The notes beneath the pieces are model-generated. The model was not told where the DNA came from and made no database searches. It saw only the letters and a program-made list of their open reading frames with translations. A DNA stretch of 42,873 nt, from positions 1 through 42,873 of the forward strand of contig CANREI010000001.1 in NCBI GenBank assembly GCA_947629595.1, written 5' to 3'. Made by a program: the position numbers and the translations under genes. This stretch comes from an uncultured Alphaproteobacteria bacterium. Lineage in GTDB: Bacteria > Pseudomonadota > Alphaproteobacteria > CAAHEQ01 > UBA3637. Below, piece after piece: positions 37,020 to 42,873 of this stretch; positions within the stretch are counted from its first letter, which is position 1, and each line of letters starts with the position of its first letter.

Positions 37020-38216
37020 TTAAAAATCGGTTTTTGCCGGTTCGACCGATTGAATATATCCCATTGAGCGAATTTGAAACATTTCCAAAAGACGATCGTT
37101 CGTGCCATCTTGATTTAAGCGGAATCGGCCGTTAATACCTTGATAGCCCACCGAATCGGTTAATGTGTTTTCATTTAAAGCCCCCTTGCCGGACAGGAAA
37201 GATACCAATGAAAAGGCATCATATCCGAAAGAGGCAATCGGTATGGCGTTTTTATCGAAAGCCTCTTTATATTTTGATTTAAACACCGTCATACGCGTTT
37301 GCGGCACATCGGCAAAATAAGCACCGACAAGTTGCGTGTTTTTCGTATGGCGCAGGGTAGCCAAGCCGTAATAGGGCACAATTTGAGGCGTCACATCATA
37401 ATAATATAAAATGGAAACCAATTGTTCTAATTTAATACCTTGTTCAAAAACAAATAAGGCATCAAACGATAAGCGTTCCGCCGACGGGTTACGAATCAGC
37501 TCTTTTTCGCGCTCGGTCAGATTTTTTCGACGCGGATCAATTAACGGCGGGGCTATTTTTTCCACCGGCGTGGTTAAATCATTTGATGTCGGCGCATAAA
37601 ACGAGCGATGAACAATTTCCATACCCGGACAGCTTTGAACGGCCGTTTCAAACGATTGCACCACAATATCGCCCGTTTTGTCTTTGGGGCCGATTAAGGC
37701 AAACCGTCGTTGGCCTTGTGCGCAGGCATAGTCAACAATGCGTTGAATTTGTTGCGGAATCAACAAAGCAACGGAATAAACGCCGTTACCCAGTACCGAT
37801 GTATCCGATGTGAAGGACAAAACCGGCTTATCGGGGTGTTGCGCGCCCACGGATTGCACTTCGCCGGCAAAAACGGGACCGACGAACACATCGGGCGATT
37901 CGGCTGAGGCTTTTTGATAAGCTTCAACGGCGCCTTGCGGGGTACCTTTCGTATCAAAGAACAAAACTTCCGTCGATTCGCTCGGGCGTTCTAATCCTGC
38001 CATCAGTGCCGCATTCTGGAAATTTTCGCCGACGGCGGCATTCGGGCCGCTTAACGGCAACAAGAAGGCTGTTTTCGTTTTTTCGCCCGCTTGTCCGCCA
38101 GAAATTGAAACGTCTCTTTCGGAAGCCGGTATTTTAATTTGTTCGGCACAACCCGTCATCAATGCCAGTAAAAAAATGCATAAAATTTGTCTTTTCATTG
38201 TTTTTATCCTTTTCAT
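37020..38216 (-). CDS. LpoA-like / periplasmic-binding-protein type 1 lipoprotein
   Basis: Lipobox LMTGC and a Leu/Ile/Val-binding-protein-like fold pattern. Divergent from rsmI, as lpoA (yraM) is in E. coli. The start may be M7 (38198). Confidence 0.65.
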   Translation of the reverse strand: MKRIKTMKRQILCIFLLALMTGCAEQIKIPASERDVSISGGQAGEKTKTAFLLPLSGPNAAVGENFQNAALMAGLERPSESTEVLFFDTKGTPQGAVEAYQKASAESPDVFVGPVFAGEVQSVGAQHPDKPVLSFTSDTSVLGNGVYSVALLIPQQIQRIVDYACAQGQRRFALIGPKDKTGDIVVQSFETAVQSCPGMEIVHRSFYAPTSNDLTTPVEKIAPPLIDPRRKNLTEREKELIRNPSAERLSFDALFVFEQGIKLEQLVSILYYYDVTPQIVPYYGLATLRHTKNTQLVGAYFADVPQTRMTVFKSKYKEAFDKNAIPIASFGYDAFSLVSFLSGKGALNENTLTDSVGYQGINGRFRLNQDGTNDRLLEMFQIRSMGYIQSVEPAKTDF

Positions 38217-38288
38217 CTCTCTTTTTTCCTGATATACTGGATTTTAATTTCATTTTCAAGTTGATTCTCTTAAAAACGGAGTTTTTTT

Positions 38289-39107
38289 ATGTTATATCTT
38301 GTTTCAACACCGATCGGGAATTTGGGCGATTTATCGCCGCGTGCCAAACAAGTCCTTGAATCTGTTGATTTAGTTGCTTGTGAAGATACGCGAACGAGTC
38401 AACAGCTTTTTTCGCTTTTGGGATTAAACGTAAAAGCCGTTACGCCCTATCATGAGCATAACGGGGCCGTTGCCCGTCCGAAATTGATTGAAAAATTAAA
38501 GCACGGCGTTACGATTGCCTTAATCAGTGACGCGGGAACGCCGCTTATTTCCGACCCGGGATATAAACTGGTGCGCGCCTGTCAGCAAAATAATATTCCC
38601 GTTACAACCGTGCCGGGAGCAAACGCCGTGTTATCGGCATTGCAGTTATCGGGCTTGCCGAGTGATGCGTTTTTATTTGCCGGTTTTTTACCGCCCAAAC
38701 AGGCAGCCCGACGGCAAACATTATTGAAATATAAATCCGTGCCCGCCACGCTTCTTTTTTATGAAACGGCAAATCGGTTAATCGAGTCGCTTGCGGATAT
38801 GGCTGCCGTTTTCGGCAATCGGGAAACGGCGGTTGTGCGCGAAATAACCAAAAAGTTTGAAGAAGTGAAGCGCAATACAATTCAAAATCTGCTGTTGTTT
38901 TATCAAGAGCAGGGAGCGCCGAAAGGTGAGCTTGTTTTGGTGGTCGATCGGGCCGATGAGGCAACGGAAAATGCTGTTGATTTGGAAAAACTCATTCAAG
39001 AAAGTTTAAAAACGCATTCCGTTCGTGATACGGTGGAAATTATAACGGGCATGACATCTGTTCCCAAAAAAGAAGTATATAAAAAAGTGTTGGAGTTATC
39101 CGAATGA
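38289..39107 (+). CDS. rsmI: 16S rRNA (cytidine1402-2'-O)-methyltransferase RsmI
   Basis: LYLVSTPIGNLGDLSPRA...VACEDTR...SDAGTPLISDPG tetrapyrrole-methylase-like motifs. Confidence 0.9.
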   Translation: MLYLVSTPIGNLGDLSPRAKQVLESVDLVACEDTRTSQQLFSLLGLNVKAVTPYHEHNGAVARPKLIEKLKHGVTIALISDAGTPLISDPGYKLVRACQQNNIPVTTVPGANAVLSALQLSGLPSDAFLFAGFLPPKQAARRQTLLKYKSVPATLLFYETANRLIESLADMAAVFGNRETAVVREITKKFEEVKRNTIQNLLLFYQEQGAPKGELVLVVDRADEATENAVDLEKLIQESLKTHSVRDTVEIITGMTSVPKKEVYKKVLELSE

Positions 39108-39472
39108 AAAAAACAAATTATCAAGTCGGGCATTTTGCCGAAACACTGGCGCTTTGGTATTTGCGCTTGAAGGGTTATCGATTCGTTGCCAAAAATTTTG
39201 TCGTGAAGCGCGGTACGGGTGCGGGTGAAATTGATTTAATTATGACAAAAGGCAAAACAATTGTTTTTGTTGAAGTGAAAAAAAGACACACCTACGGTGC
39301 GGCGGCCGAAGCCGTTACCATTGAAAATCAAATGCGGGTTGTTAAATCATCGGCGGTTTTTCTGCAACGAAACCCGCGATTTTCAAAATATGAAATGCGC
39401 TATGATGCCGTTTTATTCAGCGCGCATCACTTTTTTCCGCGTCACATTCAAAATGCATGGAGAGTTTTATAA
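39104..39472 (+). CDS. yraN: YraN family protein (UPF0102, endonuclease-like)
   Basis: GEIDLIM...VFVEVKKR motif, 122 aa, overlaps the rsmI stop. Confidence 0.85.
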   Translation: MKKTNYQVGHFAETLALWYLRLKGYRFVAKNFVVKRGTGAGEIDLIMTKGKTIVFVEVKKRHTYGAAAEAVTIENQMRVVKSSAVFLQRNPRFSKYEMRYDAVLFSAHHFFPRHIQNAWRVL

Positions 39473-40062
39473 TGAGGGGTCCACTGAAAATTTTTCTTTT
39501 GGTTACGGTTTGTTCGTGTTTAAACGGCTGTCAATATCTCGGAACAATTTTTTCGGCAACGCATAAAGTGGCATCGGTGGTGATGGATGATCGCTCCATT
39601 TCCGATGATTATACCGATACTAAGCTTAATTTGGCGATTCGTCACAATTTGGCGCAACAAAAATTAAGTTATGCCGTTGATATTGAACTTACCGTATTTG
39701 AAGGAGCGGTTTTGTTAAACGGTGCATTGCCTGCCGAAAATTATATTGATGATGTTTTAAAAACCGTTTGGCAAACAGAGGGGGTTAAAAAAGTTTATAA
39801 CTATATTCGCTTGGCGGAGCCGCCGTCGGTTGATGTGGTGAATGAAGATGCGGCCATGTCGGCCAAAATTCGGTATCAGTTGTCCGTTACGCGGGGAATA
39901 TCATCGGTTAATTACAAAATCACCATGGAAAACGGCGTGATTTATTTAATGGGCATTGCACAAAACCGGGAGGAGCTTGATTCGGTGATTGCCGTTATTA
40001 AAAACACGGTGAACATTAAAGATATTATTATTTTAACGCGTTTTATCGAAGATAAAAAATGA
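39472..40062 (+). CDS. BON-domain lipoprotein (DolP/YraP-like)
   Basis: Lipobox LNGC and two BON-like repeats (VDIELTVFEGAVLLNGALP; YKITMENGVIYLMGIA). TAATG overlap with the yraN stop and a GGAG RBS; an ATG at 39457 is an alternative start. Confidence 0.75.
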   Translation: MRGPLKIFLLVTVCSCLNGCQYLGTIFSATHKVASVVMDDRSISDDYTDTKLNLAIRHNLAQQKLSYAVDIELTVFEGAVLLNGALPAENYIDDVLKTVWQTEGVKKVYNYIRLAEPPSVDVVNEDAAMSAKIRYQLSVTRGISSVNYKITMENGVIYLMGIAQNREELDSVIAVIKNTVNIKDIIILTRFIEDKK

Positions 40063-40655
40063 GTTTGTTTTGGGTGAGTTGTTTTTTGATTTTGATTTCC
40101 GTTTTTGTCGGCGCTTTGGGGCTTGTCGGTATTTATTATTGCCTTGCTTCCGGCTTTTTTATCAATCCGCCGCCGGTGCCGTCCGATAAAAAGGTAAGAG
40201 ATGCCGTTTTAAAAGAAATTGAAACAACGCTTTCTTGCTCATCAAACAAAATTATTATGGATTTAGGCAGCGGGTGGGGCAGTTTTTTAATTCCGTTGGC
40301 AAAGCAGTTTCCGGCTCATTCGTTTATCGGTATTGAAAAAGCGTTTCTGCCTTATTTTTATGCCAAAATCAAGGGCAGACGTTTCAAAAATTTACGATTT
40401 GAACGCCAAAATTTCTTTTTATCCGATATTTCAAAAGCCGATATTGTTATTTTATATTTAATTGCGCATATTATGCCGCGCGTTACGCAAAAATGCCTAT
40501 CGGAAATGAAAAACGGCGCCGTGATTTATTCAAATCATTTTCCGTTAACGAACATTCAACCGGTGCGTATTCAAACATGCGGGCATTCCTTTGACAGATA
40601 TTATGTTTATGAAATCAATCATCATCAAAAAGCATTATTGATAAAAAATGAATAA
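40059..40655 (+). CDS. Class I SAM-dependent methyltransferase with N-terminal TM helix
   Basis: Motif I IMDLGSGWGSF. Overlaps the upstream stop. Confidence 0.7.
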   Translation: MSLFWVSCFLILISVFVGALGLVGIYYCLASGFFINPPPVPSDKKVRDAVLKEIETTLSCSSNKIIMDLGSGWGSFLIPLAKQFPAHSFIGIEKAFLPYFYAKIKGRRFKNLRFERQNFFLSDISKADIVILYLIAHIMPRVTQKCLSEMKNGAVIYSNHFPLTNIQPVRIQTCGHSFDRYYVYEINHHQKALLIKNE

Positions 40656-40670
40656 AAAGTTAAAAAATCC

Positions 40671-40699
40671 TTGTTTTATATAAAAAATTGGTGTATAAT
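40671..40699 (+). promoter_or_regulatory. Sigma70-like promoter candidate
   Basis: TTGTTT (40671-40676), 17 nt spacer, TATAAT (40694-40699); 55 nt upstream of the ATG at 40755. Confidence 0.5.
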
Positions 40700-40754
40700 A
40701 TTTTTATGGGTATTAAAGTAAGCGGTTCAGATTATTTAAAAAACGGAGGCAAAA

Positions 40755-41969
40755 ATGGCAGATTCTAAAGAAGAACAATCTTGGTTTTCCCAAGCTTGGG
40801 ATTGGACACGCAATTCGTTATTAGGGCGTACGATCGGGATAGATGATGCAACAAAAGCAGGTAAAGAATCAAAAGGCCTGTGGGGTGAAACAAAAGATTT
40901 GCTGGGTATCGGCAGTTCCGATGAAACCAAGGGAAAAAGCGCCGAAGCAGAAGAAAACAAATCTTGGTTTTCTCAGGCTTGGGATTGGACACGCAATTCA
41001 TTGTTAGGGCGTACAATCGGAATAGATGATGCAACAAAAGCCGGTAAAGAATCAAAAGGCTTGTGGGGTGAAACAAAAGATCTGCTGGGTATCGGCAGTT
41101 CCAAAGAAACCGATGAAAAAGGAGCCGCAAAACAAACCGAATCAAAAGGCCTGTGGGGTTGGATGAAAAACTCCCTGCTCGGGCGTACTTTCGGGTTGGC
41201 CGATGAAGGCAATAACGAACCCGGTTTGTGGGGGTGGATGAAAAACTCCATGCTCGGGCGCACTTTCGGTTTGGAAGACAAAGGCAATGACAAACCCGGT
41301 TTATGGGGGTGGATGAAAAATTCCATGCTGGGGCGTGCTTTGGGATTAGCCGATAAAAAAGAAGCAACGGCTAATACGGCGACGGCGCAACAAACGCAAG
41401 CGCCGCAGCAAAAAACAGCTACCGTGAGCAATCAGCAAACCAATACGCAACAAGTGCAAAGAACATCGAACGGGGCGATTATTGATGATGTGATTGTGGA
41501 GCATTCAACGGTTAATGCGCCGAAAGCAGCGGCGAAAGCAGCAGCCCCGAAAGCAGCGGCACCTAAGACACCGGCGAAAGAAGCAGCACCGAAAAAGGCA
41601 GCGCCGAACACGGCAACGAAAGAAGCAGCATCGAATATAAGACTGGAGGATATAGGGTCGGAATTCGGAGCCGGGATGCCGACGTTGGAGGCAGCTTCCT
41701 TGAACATAACAGCACCCCGCCTCCTTGATCCGTCGGTGTCGGAGGTGACTTTGGGTTATAATCCTAAAACTTCCGGAACAACGCTTATCGACGCTAACGA
41801 ATCATCGAATCTTTGTTCCCTTTTGAATACAATTACGGCAGTCAGAAATGGTACCACAGTCGATGGTTTCGGATTAAACCCCCTTGACACGAAGACCGTA
41901 GGCGATAATGCCGGACTGGGAGCCGTACCCAACATTGCCGGTATTTACCTGGGGGATAAAGCGCGCTGA
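40755..41969 (+). CDS. Repeat protein with Trp-rich amphipathic motifs and an A/P/K-rich tract
   Basis: GGAGG RBS. Two 61-aa repeats (SWFSQAWDWTRNSLLGRTIGIDDATKAGKESKGLWGETKDLLGIGSS). Three 25-aa repeats (GLWGWMKNS[LM]LGR[TA][FL]GL). Then APKAAAKAAAPKAAAPKTPAKEAAPKKAAP. Confidence 0.75.
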   Translation: MADSKEEQSWFSQAWDWTRNSLLGRTIGIDDATKAGKESKGLWGETKDLLGIGSSDETKGKSAEAEENKSWFSQAWDWTRNSLLGRTIGIDDATKAGKESKGLWGETKDLLGIGSSKETDEKGAAKQTESKGLWGWMKNSLLGRTFGLADEGNNEPGLWGWMKNSMLGRTFGLEDKGNDKPGLWGWMKNSMLGRALGLADKKEATANTATAQQTQAPQQKTATVSNQQTNTQQVQRTSNGAIIDDVIVEHSTVNAPKAAAKAAAPKAAAPKTPAKEAAPKKAAPNTATKEAASNIRLEDIGSEFGAGMPTLEAASLNITAPRLLDPSVSEVTLGYNPKTSGTTLIDANESSNLCSLLNTITAVRNGTTVDGFGLNPLDTKTVGDNAGLGAVPNIAGIYLGDKAR

Positions 41970-42344
41970 CAAGACGCACAAAAAAGGCCGTCTGTTAAAG
42001 CAGGCGGCTTTTTTATGGGCGCTTCACCGTTTTTTTTGGGGGGGTATGATTTGTTCAACCCGTCGCCTTTCATTGATACGCGTTTTTGCCCGGGAAAGAA
42101 GCGTGTTTTCATCTGACAAGTCAATTTTTATGCATCGGCCGAAAGTTGTTGAGATTATATTTGTTTGAAGAAACATCAGCGCGCCATAAAAAAACGTTCT
42201 TATGCATCGTAAAAAAAGTGCTTTTCTTTTAATCGGCAAGGCGCCACAAAAAACGCTCATAAAAAGTGCTTTTCCTTCGCCCCAAGGCGCCACAAAATGC
42301 TCATAAAAGCGCCTTCTTTCGCCCGGCAATGCATCCCCGCTCAT

Positions 42345-42373
42345 AAAAAAAACGCCCTTCTTTCGAAAGGCGC
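42345..42373 (-). terminator. Rho-independent terminator after the outer-membrane protein gene
   Basis: On the minus strand: CGCCTTTC-GAAA-GAAGGGCG (8-bp stem, one G:U pair, GNRA loop) followed by T8. Confidence 0.8.
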
Positions 42374-42399
42374 TTTTTCAAGCTTTTTCCAATCGGAAA

Positions 42400-42873
42400 T
42401 TAGAAAGCTGTACGCAGTCTTAAACCGAGAGAATTGCCATATACATCTGTTGAGTATTTGGCTTTGCCGTCGATCATGTAAGAACCGAATGCGCTGATAG
42501 CAACATTATCCGTTAAGAAGTAAGAAACTTCTAAATCATATGTGTAAGCTGTTTCTTTTGCTGTATCATCATAGTCCACACGAACATCTGTATCAACGGC
42601 AACATCGGCGCGCGGGCAATAAGCATAAACACCGGCTTTGCCTTGATATTTGGCATGATGATCACCGAATTTGCTTTGGAACAACGGCCGTTCAACCGCG
42701 CCGGCTAAATACGGTGTGTAAATACCGATTGTGTGACCCAATTTAACACCGGCGTCAACATATTTGTAAGCGCCGTGATTGTCATGAGAGTTGCTTTCTT
42801 CTTGACCGTAAGCGGCAGAAACTTGCAATTTGGTCGGGCCTGTTAAGACATTCCATGTAGCCCCTAAATCCCA
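42400..42873 (-). CDS. Outer-membrane beta-barrel (porin-like) protein, 5' end outside the window
   Basis: Alternating beta-strand pattern and a C-terminal ...LGLRLRTAF (terminal Phe). The frame stays open to the window edge. Confidence 0.75.
   Translation of the reverse strand, partial: WDLGATWNVLTGPTKLQVSAAYGQEESNSHDNHGAYKYVDAGVKLGHTIGIYTPYLAGAVERPLFQSKFGDHHAKYQGKAGVYAYCPRADVAVDTDVRVDYDDTAKETAYTYDLEVSYFLTDNVAISAFGSYMIDGKAKYSTDVYGNSLGLRLRTAF

Noticed and set aside
40765-41707. Long minus-strand ORFs (200, 152 and 91 aa) antisense to the Trp-rich repeat gene
   Set aside because: They are open because of the repeat structure and A/P/K-rich codons of the plus-strand gene. Only the plus-strand frame has a promoter, an RBS and an in-frame repeat periodicity.

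Overview
AT-rich chromosomal window that looks alphaproteobacterial: cpoB-tilS-ftsH and recA-alaS synteny, rlmB / tRNA-Tyr / tRNA-Gly / tuf, a lpoA-like/rsmI/yraN/BON-lipoprotein cluster, and a circularly permuted two-piece ssrA. All family calls come from motif recognition by eye; no searches were run. Most of the window is housekeeping (ftsH, tilS, cpoB, uvrA, alaS, recA, queH, tuf, rlmB, rsmI), plus a MoxR-DUF58-DUF4381 operon, a 2042-aa autotransporter, a GT2 glycosyltransferase and a TupA-like ATP-grasp gene. The part worth attention is a candidate multi-locus DNA-inversion (inverton) system. A 197-aa serine recombinase (28218..28811) resembles the Bacteroides Mpi master-invertase family. 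Three near-identical ~156-bp modules (41..196, 29106..29262, 31446..31601) are each bounded by a 20-nt imperfect inverted repeat (AAACGTAC-N7-GCAAC) and each sits 37-56 nt upstream of a gene start. Two modules precede paralogous modular pilin-like proteins (prepilin-type N-terminus, Cys-rich repeats, C-type-lectin-like C-terminus). The third precedes a tandemly duplicated gene pair ending in a GIY-YIG nuclease. Possible further layers of variation are an A8 tract that breaks the conserved leader of the second pilin-like gene, a C10 tract in the 5' end of the ATP-grasp gene, a hix-like palindrome pair upstream of the recombinase, and a ~37-bp inverted repeat flanking the second pilin cassette. 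I saw no CRISPR array, rRNA, transposase or prophage genes. The ON/OFF state of the switches cannot be decided from one assembled orientation.
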